From Acidobacteriota bacterium (lineage in GTDB: Bacteria; Acidobacteriota; Thermoanaerobaculia; Multivoradales; Multivoraceae): 64,000 nucleotides of DNA. The position numbers were made by a program, and so were the translations under genes. Below, piece by piece: positions 46,565 to 57,398 of this stretch. Location: NCBI GenBank assembly GCA_003388555.1, contig QQVD01000007.1:10030-74029 (forward strand), read 5' to 3'. Position 1 is the first letter of the stretch. Each line of letters opens with the position of its first letter. Under the pieces are notes generated by a model. It was not told where the DNA came from. It did no database searches and saw nothing but the letters and a program-made list of their open reading frames with translations.

Positions 46565-47587
46565 ATGGACGAGAAGCGAACGCAGCGCAGCGAAGAGGCG
46601 CCGGCAGAGGCGCCGGGAGCGGGACCGGACGACGCCGCCGTCTCGTCGACGCGACCACGAGGCGGCCGCGCCACACCGCTGCTGCTGGTCGGCGCCCTGG
46701 CGCTGCTGGCGCTCGGCCTCGGCTGGAGCGTCTTCCAGGGCGCGCGCAGCGCCCAGCGCCTCGATCTGCTGCTCGAGCGCCAGGAGGCGCAGGAGCAGGC
46801 TGCCGCCGAGACGGCGCGAAGCCTCGCCGCGGTCGAGCGGCGGCTCGCCCGCGCCGAGCAGGTCGCCTCCGAAGCCACCAGCCGGGCCTACGAGCAGACC
46901 CAGCGGGCCGAGGACGCCGAGGCGCGGGCGCGCTGGGCCGAGGAGGAGTCGGCCCTGGCAGGAGAGGCGAGGAAACGTGCCGAGCGGGTGGCGCAGATCG
47001 AGCGCCAGCGCGCCCAGCGAGCGCTCTCGGAGGCGACCCGCGCCTACGCCGCCGCCACCGCGGCCCGCCAGGCCGAGCAGCAGGCGCGCAGCGAGGCCAC
47101 CGAGCTGCAGCAGCAGAGCGAGCAGACCGAGCGTGAGATGCAGCGCCTCGAGGGCGCGCTCGGCGAGCTCGCCGAGACCCGGCGCACCGCCCTCGGCCTG
47201 GTGATGAACCTCGGCACCGGCGTCGAGTTCGATCTCGACCGGGCCGAGCTGCGGCCCGAGAACCGCGAGCTGCTGGCGCGCATCGCGGGCGTGCTGCTCA
47301 CCGCCGGCGACTTCCACATCCAGGTCTTCGGCCACACCGACGACCAGGGCGGTCCCGAGTACAACCAGGACCTCTCGGAGCGCCGCGCCCAGTCGGTGGT
47401 CGACTACCTGGTCGAGTCGGGGATCGCGCCGCGCAAGATCAGCGCCCGCGGTCTGGGTGAGACCCAGCCCCTGGTCGAGAGCACCAGCGAACAGGCGCGG
47501 CAGCGCAACCGGCGGGTCGAGATCGCGGTGATCTCCTACGAGAGCGATTACGCTGGCACGGTGCGGGAAGAGGGCGAGAGCGACTGA
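46565..47587 (+). CDS. OmpA-like peptidoglycan-binding protein with TM and coiled coil
   Basis: FGHTDDQG..YNQDLSERRA..V..YL..RQRNRRVEI. Confidence 0.9.
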   Translation: MDEKRTQRSEEAPAEAPGAGPDDAAVSSTRPRGGRATPLLLVGALALLALGLGWSVFQGARSAQRLDLLLERQEAQEQAAAETARSLAAVERRLARAEQVASEATSRAYEQTQRAEDAEARARWAEEESALAGEARKRAERVAQIERQRAQRALSEATRAYAAATAARQAEQQARSEATELQQQSEQTEREMQRLEGALGELAETRRTALGLVMNLGTGVEFDLDRAELRPENRELLARIAGVLLTAGDFHIQVFGHTDDQGGPEYNQDLSERRAQSVVDYLVESGIAPRKISARGLGETQPLVESTSEQARQRNRRVEIAVISYESDYAGTVREEGESD

Positions 47588-47798
47588 GCGAATGACCGCC
47601 TGACCGACGACGTAGCCGGCGTCCGCCTGTCGGCGGACGCGGCGGCGGGCATCGAGGATCGGTCGGTCGCACCTGCGACCACTACGCCGCGGCGACAGGA
47701 GCCGTTCCTGCTGCTAGTTTTGGCGGCTTCGTGGCGACGGCGCCGCGGGTGTCACACGGCTGGGCGCGCCGCTGGCAGCGGGGCGCCGGAGAGAGGCG

Positions 47799-48650
47799 AT
47801 GAACAAGAGCGTCGGACGTAACGATCCCTGCCCCTGCGGCTCGGGCAAGAAGTTCAAGAAATGCTGTGCGCTCGGGGAGCGCGAGGTGGCACGCGAGCGG
47901 GTGCGCACCCAGCGCGGCTACGAGCAGTTCGACGACACCGTCGTGGCGTTGGGGCGGTGGCTGACGCTCGACCATCCACGCGCCATGGACGAGATGCCGC
48001 AGGTGATCTTCCGCGCCCTCTACGACGAGCACGCCGCCGAGGCGATGCCCGACCGCATCGAGGCGCACGAGCAGACCGACGCGGTGACCTGGAACGGTCT
48101 CGACGCCGCGATCGCCTACTGGGCGCCGACCGAGGTGCGCGAGCCCACCTTCGCCGATCTCGACGCCTGCCCGGAGAGTCTGCGGGACCAGCTGCAACGA
48201 GGCGCGGGAGCGCGTCTCGACGAAGGCCAGCGTGGTTGCGTGCACGACCTGCTGGCGAGCCCGATGCGCCTCTACGAAGTGAAGGTCTACCGCCCGAACG
48301 AGACCCTCGAGCTGGTCGACCTCGCGACCGGCGAGGCGGTCGTCTATCCGTATCCGACGGCGAGCTTCCAGGAGGGCGACGTGTTCGCCACGCGGGTCGT
48401 CGAGCGCTCCGGGGGCGGCCGCTGCATGATGGCCTACCTGCCGATCGCCGAGGCCCACCGTGAGGCCGCCCGCGCCGCGGTGCAATCGTACGATGGGGCG
48501 TCCGGCGAGCGCGGCAGCGACGACGAGCTGTCGGCGCGTCGAACGCTCTTCCTCGATCTCTGGCGCGCCTGGCTGGCGCCCTTCGCCGGCGACTCGGACG
48601 CCGCCGTGGGCGAGCCGCTGGAAGACGCCGGAGCCACGGCGCCGGCGTAG
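47799..48650 (+). CDS. SEC-C motif protein
   Basis: N-terminal VGRNDPCPCGSGKKFKKCC. Confidence 0.85.
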   Translation: MNKSVGRNDPCPCGSGKKFKKCCALGEREVARERVRTQRGYEQFDDTVVALGRWLTLDHPRAMDEMPQVIFRALYDEHAAEAMPDRIEAHEQTDAVTWNGLDAAIAYWAPTEVREPTFADLDACPESLRDQLQRGAGARLDEGQRGCVHDLLASPMRLYEVKVYRPNETLELVDLATGEAVVYPYPTASFQEGDVFATRVVERSGGGRCMMAYLPIAEAHREAARAAVQSYDGASGERGSDDELSARRTLFLDLWRAWLAPFAGDSDAAVGEPLEDAGATAPA

Positions 48651-48682
48651 CGGCGGTCTCGGCCTGGGCCGGCTTCGCGCGC

Positions 48683-49420
48683 CTAACCGGCGTCGGGAGG
48701 TGGCAGGTGGCCCCGCTTGGTCCACAGGGTGCAGCCGGTCTCGCCGGCGCGCAGCTCGACCTCGGCGCCCGCCGGCAACCTGAGCCAGGAACGCCGTCGC
48801 AGCTGCGCTCCGACGAGCCCCGCGACCGTGTCGTCCGAGCCGTCCGGGTCGTTCTCAGCGCCCGCGCCGCCGCCAGCCCGGGCGATCGTGCCGTCGCCTT
48901 CGAGCACCAGCAGCTCGAGGCCCCCGTCGGCGCCGAGCCGCGCGACGGCTCCCGGTGCCCAGCGCTCGGCGCGCACCAGCTCGCGCTCGTCACGGTGCAG
49001 GACGGCGCTGCGCACACCGTCCTCCTCGGGCGCCGCGCCGAGTGCGGTCTCGACGTCGAGGCGGACCGTGGCCTCGTCGTCCGGATCGAACTGCCAGAGC
49101 TTGACGAAGATCACGCAGCCGGGCCCGGAGCCGGGCGTGTGACTGCTGCCGGGCGGATTGCGCACATAGGAGCCGGCCGGGAAGTCGCCGTGCTCGTCCT
49201 GGAAGACGCCGTCGAGAACCAGGAACTCCTCGCCGCCGTGGTGGGTGTGCTGCGAGAACGAGCTGGCGGGTGCGTAGCGCACCACCGAGGTCGCCCGCGC
49301 CACCTCGTCGCCGATGCGGTCGAGCAGGCGCCTCGAGACGCCGGGCATCGGCGACGGCGACCACTCGAGCTCCTCGGTGTGGAGCAGGACGGCCTTGGTG
49401 AAGTCGTCGTTCAGTTGCAT
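48683..49420 (-). CDS. ChrR-like double cupin protein
   Basis: [59 protein letters not shown]. Confidence 0.9.
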   Translation of the reverse strand: MQLNDDFTKAVLLHTEELEWSPSPMPGVSRRLLDRIGDEVARATSVVRYAPASSFSQHTHHGGEEFLVLDGVFQDEHGDFPAGSYVRNPPGSSHTPGSGPGCVIFVKLWQFDPDDEATVRLDVETALGAAPEEDGVRSAVLHRDERELVRAERWAPGAVARLGADGGLELLVLEGDGTIARAGGGAGAENDPDGSDDTVAGLVGAQLRRRSWLRLPAGAEVELRAGETGCTLWTKRGHLPPPDAG

Positions 49421-49688
49421 CTCGACCTCTTCTTTCGGGCTCTTCTCGGTGCGCCGCGTCGGCCGCCGACTCGTCCCCTGGTTCGGTCGCTCGGTTCGGT
49501 CCGCGGCTGAGCCGGATACGTCGGGACGCGGCGCCCGGATGTCCAGGGCGACGGTGGCTCGGCGGCGAATCCGTCGGTCCGGTCCGTCTGAGCAGACCCA
49601 GGACGGTCTCACGTCACCCGCGGCCGACCACCGGTCGTGCCGGTCGCCCGGCCGCGATCCGATCCTGCACTCGCGAGCCAGCCGAAGG

Positions 49689-51164
49689 ATGCCGAGAACC
49701 CGACAGGAGCGTCACGCCCGCCCAGCGGTCCCCCGCCGGGAGTCCGACTGGCGCCTCTTCGACCAGCTGCCGATTCTGAGCCAGCCTGGTGGTGTCGGGG
49801 CGGAGATCTCGGCGGCCGGCGGGCTTCGCGCCGACCCGTCCGGCGATCCGGAACCGCCCGGTGGCTCACCCTCGCCTGCCGAGGGTCCCCGCCAGCCATC
49901 CAGGGCCGCGCCGACGAACGACGAGAGGCCGCCGCCGATCGCCTACGCCTTCTTCGCCCGCTTCCTGCGGCGCGATCTCGAGGTCTCGGCGCCCCGCGCC
50001 GCCGAATTCGCTCCACTGGTGGGTCTCGGGCTCGGCAGCGTGTACGGCGACGGCCCCGAGCGGCAGGCCTACCTCTACGACAGCGAGGACGTCGGACGGC
50101 GGGGTGTGATCGAGAAGCTTCGCGTCGGGCGCATCGCCGGCTGCGGGCTTCCCGATCTGCCGCGATACGAGGGTGGCGCGGCGTTGGTCGGCGACAGTCG
50201 TGCCGATCGCTACGTGGTCGACGCCCAACTCCACCTCGCCTTCCTGCTGGCGCACAACAAGTTGGTCGATCGCGCCCGCGCCGCAGGAGTGGAGGACGCC
50301 CGGCGGGCAGCCGCGACGACGCTGCGACGCCTCTACCACCACGTGGCCTGGCACGACTTCGCCCGCCGCTGGCTCGATCGCGAGGTCTTCGCGCGCGCCC
50401 TGCACCGCGAGCGCACGATGGAACGCCGCTGCTGCTGGCGGCACGGGCTGGAGGACGTCGTGGCGCCGCCGCTGCTCGGTCTGCCGCTCGAGCTCGTCTG
50501 CGTGCTGCGCGTCATCGAGTCGACGGCGGATGCAGCGCTGGCTTCACGTCGGCACGGCGGGCTCGATACCGTGCACGATCCGGCGCTCAACGCTCCTTTC
50601 CGGGAGCTGGCAGCCGCCGACGGGACGAGGGAGCATGGACGTGGCCCCGGCCCGCTGCGGCCGCGCGACGTCGTGCAGTGGGACTGGTTCCTCGAGCTGT
50701 CGAGCTCCGGAGGCCGCTATCCGCTGCGCGCCCAACCGCTCGGTGTCCCCAACGAGCTCGACGGCGAGGTTGCCGACCCGCAGACGGGGGAGGCTGAGCG
50801 TCTCTCGTTGCGACTGCCGGCGGCCGACGCGATGGTCCGATGGCTCGGGCTCGAGTCCTGTTTCGGATCGGGCGCTTCGCCGGTGCCGCTGAGCCGCTAC
50901 CTCGCGCTCGAGTCCGAGGCGGGGAGCAGGCTCGGCAAGCTCGGATCGGTGATCCTCGGCGCCACGCTTGCGGCGGCCCTCCTCGGTGACCCGACGTCGT
51001 GGTTTCGTTGCGATCCCGGCTGGTCGCCGGAGAGCGACCCGCTGCTGCGGCCGGGCGAGGACGACGTCGACTCGGCGCCGGAGTGGACACTGGCCTCGAT
51101 CGTGCGGCTCGCCGGCCTGGCGGGCGATGCCGAGAGTCTGCGCAGGCGCGCGGCGCTGGCCTGA
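49689..51164 (+). CDS. Divergent heme peroxidase (peroxidase-cyclooxygenase family) homologue
   Basis: [45 protein letters not shown]; the expected FGQFIDHD appears as FARFLRRD; start uncertain. Confidence 0.65.
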   Translation: MPRTRQERHARPAVPRRESDWRLFDQLPILSQPGGVGAEISAAGGLRADPSGDPEPPGGSPSPAEGPRQPSRAAPTNDERPPPIAYAFFARFLRRDLEVSAPRAAEFAPLVGLGLGSVYGDGPERQAYLYDSEDVGRRGVIEKLRVGRIAGCGLPDLPRYEGGAALVGDSRADRYVVDAQLHLAFLLAHNKLVDRARAAGVEDARRAAATTLRRLYHHVAWHDFARRWLDREVFARALHRERTMERRCCWRHGLEDVVAPPLLGLPLELVCVLRVIESTADAALASRRHGGLDTVHDPALNAPFRELAAADGTREHGRGPGPLRPRDVVQWDWFLELSSSGGRYPLRAQPLGVPNELDGEVADPQTGEAERLSLRLPAADAMVRWLGLESCFGSGASPVPLSRYLALESEAGSRLGKLGSVILGATLAAALLGDPTSWFRCDPGWSPESDPLLRPGEDDVDSAPEWTLASIVRLAGLAGDAESLRRRAALA

Positions 51165-51297
51165 GCGGCCGCCAGAGCCGCGGTGCCCCGGGGGTCTTCG
51201 CAGACACGGTCCGTCAGCACTACGATCCGCCCATCAGCGAACGCCCGCTACACCTTCGTGTCGGCTTTTCCCGGAGGATTCCTGGAGGAGGAGTGCG

Positions 51298-52626
51298 ATG
51301 TCGCCAAGGGAGTGTCGGATTCGCCTGGGTCGATCGTGCGTGGTCGTACCGTGTCTCGAGTCGATGGGTCTGGTCGCCATCGCCGTCGCCGCTTCCGGTC
51401 AGTCGCCGCCGTGGAGCGTCTGCGACGAAGCGACTGTGCCGAGCTACGACGGGCAGACGGTGCTCGACTACCGCGAGTGCGACGTGTGGTGCGAGGGGGA
51501 GGTCGGTGGCTTCGAGTGTCGCATCACTCTCGACGCCGACGTCGGTCAGGACGAGGAGCTGGTGATCGCCTGCGGATATCTCGCAGGCGACGGCGAGCTC
51601 TGTGACGATCCCGCCGACGAGCTGCTGCTGGATCCCAACGTGGCCCTGCCGAACGGCTTCGAGCAGGTGAGCGGCCGGGACGTGCATCGCTACGAGGAGA
51701 GCGACGAGTGGGACGTTGCCGTGACCCACGGTCCCGATGTGCGCATCAGCCTGCGCAACGGCCTCGGCCTCCTCGAGCCGGTGGCGGCGGCGGGAGACCC
51801 GGTGCCAGAAGCCGAGCGGGGGGAGACCTTCATCGACTTCGGCACCGACGTCGCGATCGACGGCGGTTGGATCGTCTTCAGCGCCCGCGGCACCGGTGGT
51901 GTGAGCGGTGTGTACTCGAAGCCGCTGTCGGCGCTCGGCGGGGCCGCGACCCGCATCGCCGACAACAGCCAGGCACGTCCACGTGGAGCCGGGAACTACG
52001 ACCAGCCGACCTCGGTCGACGTCAGCGGCGGGATCGCTCTCTGGACCGATTCGTCCGGCCTCTATCGCGCTCCGGCCGACGGTAGCGGAACGCCGACCCA
52101 GCCCGCCGCGATCGGCGACAGCCTCGGCAGCGGCACCCTTGGCGGCGGTTTCTCCGCAGTGCGCTTCTGGGGCGATCGGGCGGTCTTCCGCGGCAGCAGC
52201 GGCGGCGGCGACTGCATCGCCGCTGCCGATCTGAACGCCGACGGCGTCGTCGACCTGATCGCGGGCAACACCACGCCGATCCCGGGCGGTGTGGGCAACT
52301 TCGGACCGCTGCAGAACCCTGCGGCGCTCGGCCCGACGGTCGTCTTCGAAGCGTTCAACCCCTCGTTCCAGTATCTCGGTCTGTATGCCTGGGTCGAGGG
52401 CAGCGGCTTGTCGCCACTGCTGCTGCGCGGCGACCCGCTGGCCGCCAGCACCGTGTTCGTGGCGCAGGCGAGCGAGCGGAGCCTGTTCGCCGGCGGCGCC
52501 CGCGTCGCCCTCACGGTCGAGCTGCTGAACGACGACCTGCATCTGGTGACTCTCTGCGGGCCGCCGATCTTCCGCGACGACTTCGAGAGTGGCGACGTCG
52601 CCGCCTGGAGCAGCTCGACGCCCTAG
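51298..52626 (+). CDS. Putative secreted beta-rich protein with C-terminal IFRDDFESGD motif
   Basis: GGAGGAGGAG RBS; Cys/acidic N-domain, IADxxTxxP repeats, ends PPIFRDDFESGDVAAWSSSTP. Confidence 0.75.
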   Translation: MSPRECRIRLGRSCVVVPCLESMGLVAIAVAASGQSPPWSVCDEATVPSYDGQTVLDYRECDVWCEGEVGGFECRITLDADVGQDEELVIACGYLAGDGELCDDPADELLLDPNVALPNGFEQVSGRDVHRYEESDEWDVAVTHGPDVRISLRNGLGLLEPVAAAGDPVPEAERGETFIDFGTDVAIDGGWIVFSARGTGGVSGVYSKPLSALGGAATRIADNSQARPRGAGNYDQPTSVDVSGGIALWTDSSGLYRAPADGSGTPTQPAAIGDSLGSGTLGGGFSAVRFWGDRAVFRGSSGGGDCIAAADLNADGVVDLIAGNTTPIPGGVGNFGPLQNPAALGPTVVFEAFNPSFQYLGLYAWVEGSGLSPLLLRGDPLAASTVFVAQASERSLFAGGARVALTVELLNDDLHLVTLCGPPIFRDDFESGDVAAWSSSTP

Positions 52627-52789
52627 CGATCGCGGCTCGGGCCTGGCAGTTGCCGGGCTGCCGCCGACAGCAGGCCGACGCTACATGGCCAGCTCCCCTC
52701 GGTGTCGGCGTAGACTCGCCTCGGCCGCCGCGATCGCGAGGGGGAACCGCCGCCTCGCGGCGCTGGCCGAAGGACCGAGAGCAAGGCAG

Positions 52790-53335
52790 ATGACCAGCGA
52801 GAGGCCGAGTGCCGCCACGCCACACCGTGCGTCCGCCGCGCACGCGGGTCGACCGGTGCTGCTGTTCGACGGCGTCTGCAACCTGTGCAACGCGTCGGTC
52901 GACTTCGTCCTGCGCCACGAGCGCGACGACCGGCTGCTCTTCGCATCGCTGCAGTCCCGGGTCGCCGCTCGGCTGCTCGCGGAGCACGGCACCTCCTCCG
53001 AGGAGCTGCCGGACAGCATGGTGCTGCTCGAGGACGGCAGGGTGTGGACCCGCTCCGACGCCATCTTCGGCGTCGTCCGCCACCTGCGACCGGCTTTCTC
53101 GTGGCTGCGCATCCTGAGGTGGCTGCCGCGGCCGCTGCGCGATCTCTTCTACCGTTTCGTGGCGCACCATCGCTACCGGGTGTTCGGCAGGCGCGACTCC
53201 TGCAGACTGCCGACGCCCGAGGAGCGCGCCCGCTTCCTCGATGCCGCGGAGCCCGACGAGGAGACGCCCGGGGATGCCGGTGACGCTCCGACGGACGCCG
53301 GCGGTCGGCGGGCGCTCGGCGGCGCGAAGAGCTGA
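52790..53335 (+). CDS. DCC1-like thiol-disulfide oxidoreductase (DUF393)
   Basis: LLFDGVCNLC, FASLQS, RDLFYRFVAHHRYRVFGR..C. Confidence 0.92.
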   Translation: MTSERPSAATPHRASAAHAGRPVLLFDGVCNLCNASVDFVLRHERDDRLLFASLQSRVAARLLAEHGTSSEELPDSMVLLEDGRVWTRSDAIFGVVRHLRPAFSWLRILRWLPRPLRDLFYRFVAHHRYRVFGRRDSCRLPTPEERARFLDAAEPDEETPGDAGDAPTDAGGRRALGGAKS

Positions 53336-53553
53336 GCCCTGGCAAAGGGTAGCGGCGAGCGATTCGGATGTCCCGGACGTCGCCGACCTGTCGGATGTCC
53401 TCTGAAACTCGTATGACTCGTATGACTCGGATGACCCATACGGCGCGCGGATCTCGAACCGACACGATCTCCTCCCGTCAAACGGTGTCGCGTGCGACGG
53501 AACCGGTGAATCGTCAGGTGACGCCTCCCGGCCCGCCTGAGCGAGCAGTCGCC

Positions 53554-54399
53554 ATGCGCCTCCGGCGGCTCGCCCCGATCGTCGCGCTCCCGATGCTGCT
53601 CGGCTCGCTCGCGGCCGCTCCGCTGTCGGCCCAGCTCGAGAGTGCCGGCGAGGGGCCGGTCGCGATGGGGCACCTGCACGTCAACACGGCCGACGCCGAG
53701 GCCAGCCTGCGCTTCTGGAGCGAGCTGCTCGGTGGCGAGCCGAAGCGGCTCGGGCCGCTCGAGGTCGTCGCGCTGCCCGATCTGCTGGTGGTGCTGACCC
53801 GTCGCGAGCCGTCCGCCGGCAGTGTCGGCAGCTCGGTGAACCACGTCGGGGTTCAGGTCCCGGACGTCGCAGCGCTGGTCGAGCGACTGCGCGCCGCCGG
53901 GGTGCCGGTGCGCACCGGCGAGCACGTGCCGACGCCGGACGTCGACGTGTTCGAGGTCCCCGACCAGGACACCCGAGTCGCCTTCGTCGACAGCCCCGAG
54001 GGGACCCGCGTCGAGCTGTTCGAGAACCGCGCGCTCGAGCGCCCGGTCGAGAACCACCATCTGCACTTCTTCGTCGACGATCCGATCGCCGCGCGCGACT
54101 GGTACGTCGAGCGCTTCGGTGCCGTCGCCAGGCGTCGCGGCTCGTTCGAATCCGCCGACCTGCCCGGCGTCAATCTCACTTTCTCGCAGGGGGAGACGGT
54201 CGGCACCGAGGGCCGGGCCATCGATCACATCGGTTTCGAGGTCGACGATCTGGAGGGGCTGGTGGAGCGCCTCGAGGCGTCCGGCGTGGTCTTCACCCGG
54301 CCGCTGACCCGCATCGACGCCCTGGGCCTGGCGTTCGCCTTCTTCACCGATCCCTGGGGCACCTACGTCGAGCTCACCGAAGGGCTCGACGCCCTCTGA
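53554..54399 (+). CDS. Secreted VOC/glyoxalase family protein
   Basis: Signal peptide; GHLHVN, NHVG, HHLHF, IDHIGFEV, DPWGTYVELTE. Confidence 0.88.
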   Translation: MRLRRLAPIVALPMLLGSLAAAPLSAQLESAGEGPVAMGHLHVNTADAEASLRFWSELLGGEPKRLGPLEVVALPDLLVVLTRREPSAGSVGSSVNHVGVQVPDVAALVERLRAAGVPVRTGEHVPTPDVDVFEVPDQDTRVAFVDSPEGTRVELFENRALERPVENHHLHFFVDDPIAARDWYVERFGAVARRRGSFESADLPGVNLTFSQGETVGTEGRAIDHIGFEVDDLEGLVERLEASGVVFTRPLTRIDALGLAFAFFTDPWGTYVELTEGLDAL

Positions 54400-54430
54400 C
54401 GGCCGAAGCCGACCTGGCCTTCGTCGGGAA

Positions 54431-56590
54431 TCAGGATGCAGCAGTGGGCGCGGAGCGCGAGGCGTCCTCGAGCACCGAGCTCAGCAGCTGGCGCAGGATC
54501 TTGGCGCCCATCGGTTTCACCACGTGCTCGTCGAAGCCGGCCTCGAGCGCCCGCAGACGATCCTCCGGCTGGCCGTAGCCGGTCATCGCCACCAGCTTGG
54601 GACCGCCGTGGTCGCCGTCCGCCGGCCAGCGCTCGCGTAGCCGGCGCGCCACTTCGTAGCCGCTGAGGCCGGGCAGGCCGACGTCGATCAGCGCCAGCCG
54701 GATCGGTCGCTGCAGGGCGATCTCGACGCCGCGGTGACCGTCCTCCGCCAGCGAGGTGTGGCAGCCCCAGAGCTCGAGCAGGGCTTCGAGCGCCAGGCGC
54801 GCGTCGGGCTGGTCCTCGACGACCAGGACCTCGAGGCCCGAGAACTCGTCGGCGGCGACCGTGGCGGGGTGGGGGGCGCTGTCGGAGTCGGCCGCTGCCC
54901 CCGGCTGATCGGACGCTCTCGCCAACGGCAGCAGGACGACCACCCGGGTGCCGCGACCGCGCCCTTCCGAGTGGATCGAGATCTCGCCTCCGTGCAGCTC
55001 GACCAGCCGCTTCACCAGAGCGAGACCGAGTCCGACGCCACCGGCGCTGCGCACCAGGTTTTGTGGCGCCTGGGCGAACGGCTCGAAGGCGTTGGCGAGG
55101 AAGTCCGGATCGATCCCGCTGCCGTCGTCCTCGATGACGATGCGGCCGCGTTCCCCGGGCTGCCGCACGACGTCGACCGCGACCCGCAGCGTCACGCCGG
55201 GAGCTCCGTACTTGATCGCGTTGTCGCAGAGATTGCGCAGGATCTGCTCCAGCCGTGTCGGATCGCCGTGCACCAGCGTCGGCTCGGTGGTCACCACGAG
55301 CCGCATCGACGCCGCCTCGACGATCGGCTCGAGGATCTGGGCGCAGGACTGGACGATCGTCTCGAGGTCGACGATCTCGGGGCGCAGGGTGAGCTTGTCC
55401 GAGTCGATGCGCGCCACGTCGAGCAGGTCCTCGACGATGCGGCTGAGGTTCGAGCCCTGTCGTTCGAGGATCGAGAGCAGCCGGCCGCGGGACCCGCTCG
55501 GCAGGTCTTCGTTCTGCAGCGCGGTCGTCGCGTTGAGCATCGCCGCCAGCGGGTTGCGCAGCTCGTGTCCGAGCATGGCCAGAAAGCGGTCCTTGGCCTC
55601 GACGGCCGCCTCGGCCGCGACCAGCCCTCGACGGGCTTCAGCCAGCAGGCGAGACCGCTCCAGGCGGGAGCGGTGTTGTGACACGGCGAGACCGGCGATG
55701 TAGGCGGCCCCCTCTACGAGGACGATCTCCTCCTCACCCGGCCCGCGGGGAGAACTGTGGTAGAGGGCGAGCGATCCGAGCACCTCCCCCTGGGGCGCGA
55801 AGATCGGCTGTGCCCAGCAGGCGCGCAGCTGCTCGCTCCGCGCCAGCTCCCGGAAGTCGGCCCACAGCGGGTCCTCTGCGGTGTCTCGGACCACCACCCG
55901 CTGGCGGCGGAACACGGCGGTGCCGCAGGAGCCGGAGGTGGGACCGATCTCGAGCCCGTCGACGGCTTCGTCGTACTTCTCGGAGAGACCGGCGCTGGCG
56001 GCGTGACGCAGCCGCCGTCCATCGTCGTCGACGAGGAGGATCGAGGCGGCGGTGCAGCCGCCGTGAGTCAGCACCTCGCCGACCAGGCGCTGCAGCGCCT
56101 GGGTCAACGGTTCACCGCGTGCGATCGACTCGAGCACCCGCTTCTCGTCGGCGAGCAGTGCCTCGGCGCGTCGTCTGCGGCCGACCTCGCGGGAGAGCTC
56201 GAGCAGGCGGGCGTTGAGCTCGGCGAAGCGCGCCAGGCCCGAGTCGTGGGCGCGCTCCTGAAGCTCGATGAAGAGGGTGTCCTCGGCGCCCCTGGCGCCG
56301 GCTGCCCTGCAGGCGACGAGGTCGCCGGCGGGACGCCGCACGTCGAGCGACGTCGGCGTCCAATCGGTGGTGCGGGCGCACTGGCGCAGCCAGGCGGAGA
56401 GGGCCTCCGGCTCGCCGTCGACCAGGCTCTGGAGCGCCTTGCCGGCGACGCTCTCGACGGGGGCGCCGAGCAGGTCGAGGGCGCGTCGGTTCGCCGCCAG
56501 GATCCTGCCGGAGCGGTCGCTCAGCAGGAGGGCCGCCGGGTGCAGGTGGGACCACTGCGAGAAGGCGTCGAGCGCCCGCGTGCGGCTCAC
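54431..56590 (-). CDS. Hybrid sensor histidine kinase (PAS-GAF-HisKA-HATPase-REC)
   Basis: FLAMLGHELRNPL, NLCDNAIKY, GVGLGLALV, LIDVGLPGLSGYEVA, GFDEHVVKP. Confidence 0.93.
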   Translation of the reverse strand: MSRTRALDAFSQWSHLHPAALLLSDRSGRILAANRRALDLLGAPVESVAGKALQSLVDGEPEALSAWLRQCARTTDWTPTSLDVRRPAGDLVACRAAGARGAEDTLFIELQERAHDSGLARFAELNARLLELSREVGRRRRAEALLADEKRVLESIARGEPLTQALQRLVGEVLTHGGCTAASILLVDDDGRRLRHAASAGLSEKYDEAVDGLEIGPTSGSCGTAVFRRQRVVVRDTAEDPLWADFRELARSEQLRACWAQPIFAPQGEVLGSLALYHSSPRGPGEEEIVLVEGAAYIAGLAVSQHRSRLERSRLLAEARRGLVAAEAAVEAKDRFLAMLGHELRNPLAAMLNATTALQNEDLPSGSRGRLLSILERQGSNLSRIVEDLLDVARIDSDKLTLRPEIVDLETIVQSCAQILEPIVEAASMRLVVTTEPTLVHGDPTRLEQILRNLCDNAIKYGAPGVTLRVAVDVVRQPGERGRIVIEDDGSGIDPDFLANAFEPFAQAPQNLVRSAGGVGLGLALVKRLVELHGGEISIHSEGRGRGTRVVVLLPLARASDQPGAAADSDSAPHPATVAADEFSGLEVLVVEDQPDARLALEALLELWGCHTSLAEDGHRGVEIALQRPIRLALIDVGLPGLSGYEVARRLRERWPADGDHGGPKLVAMTGYGQPEDRLRALEAGFDEHVVKPMGAKILRQLLSSVLEDASRSAPTAAS

Positions 56591-56598
56591 TCCACGCC

Positions 56599-57210
56599 CT
56601 ACTCGGATTCGGCAGCGCCGGGGCCGACCCGGTAGTACTCGCGCCCGGCGAGCTCGTCGACTGCTGGCGTCTTGCGCAGGTGCACCAAGACGCGGCATCC
56701 CTGGGCGCCTTCCGCGATGGTCTCCTGCAGCTCGACCTTGGCGAAGCCGAGATTCTCGGCCGAGATGGTGCCGAAGACGTTCGAGGTCATCATGCACAGG
56801 GAGGGTCGGCCGAGCACCTTGTGGCCGAACGGGCAGCGCCGGTTGCCGAGCACGATGCGCTCCTCGGTCGCCTCGATGACGAAGAAGTCGCCGTCGATGC
56901 GGCGCTTGAGGTCGACCAGGACGGCCGCGACCCGGTCGCGATCGAACGGCTCATCGCCGAGCCGCTCGTGGTAGGCGCGGTCGATCTGCTCGCCGAGGCT
57001 CTGTCCCACCACGCTGACGAAGCCCGACGCCTCGTCGACGCCGACGACGTCCTGGAGGGTCCCGGTGAGAACGCGCAGCAAGGAGCGCAGGAAACGGTCC
57101 TTGTCCAGCGCCACGTCGGCCTCGGCCAGCGTCCGCAGCGATCGCCTGATGCCGGCCGCCGAGTCGGGCGCCGCACTGCCGGGACGATCGGGGAGCGAGG
57201 GTACGGCCAT
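56599..57210 (-). CDS. Methanogen output domain 1 (MetOD1)-like protein
   Basis: [53 protein letters not shown]. Confidence 0.82.
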   Translation of the reverse strand: MAVPSLPDRPGSAAPDSAAGIRRSLRTLAEADVALDKDRFLRSLLRVLTGTLQDVVGVDEASGFVSVVGQSLGEQIDRAYHERLGDEPFDRDRVAAVLVDLKRRIDGDFFVIEATEERIVLGNRRCPFGHKVLGRPSLCMMTSNVFGTISAENLGFAKVELQETIAEGAQGCRVLVHLRKTPAVDELAGREYYRVGPGAAESE

Positions 57211-57398
57211 CGGCGTCTCCGTGCCTCCTTCGGGGCATCGAAGCTAGCACGCCCTCCGCCGGCAAGGACAGCCTCGCCTTGGCGTCGAGCCGGCGCAGAA
57301 AGCCGGACGGCCCGGGACGCAAGCCGCCGCAGTGCAGCTTTCGCCCGGGCCGATCCTTCACAAGGGAGTTTCCCGCCGCGCGGGATGCTCGAAAAGAA

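Noticed and set aside
53408-53435. 9-bp tandem repeat CTCGTATGA x3
   Set aside because: Short intergenic microrepeat with no evidence of function; the ORF extension through it is unlikely to be translated.
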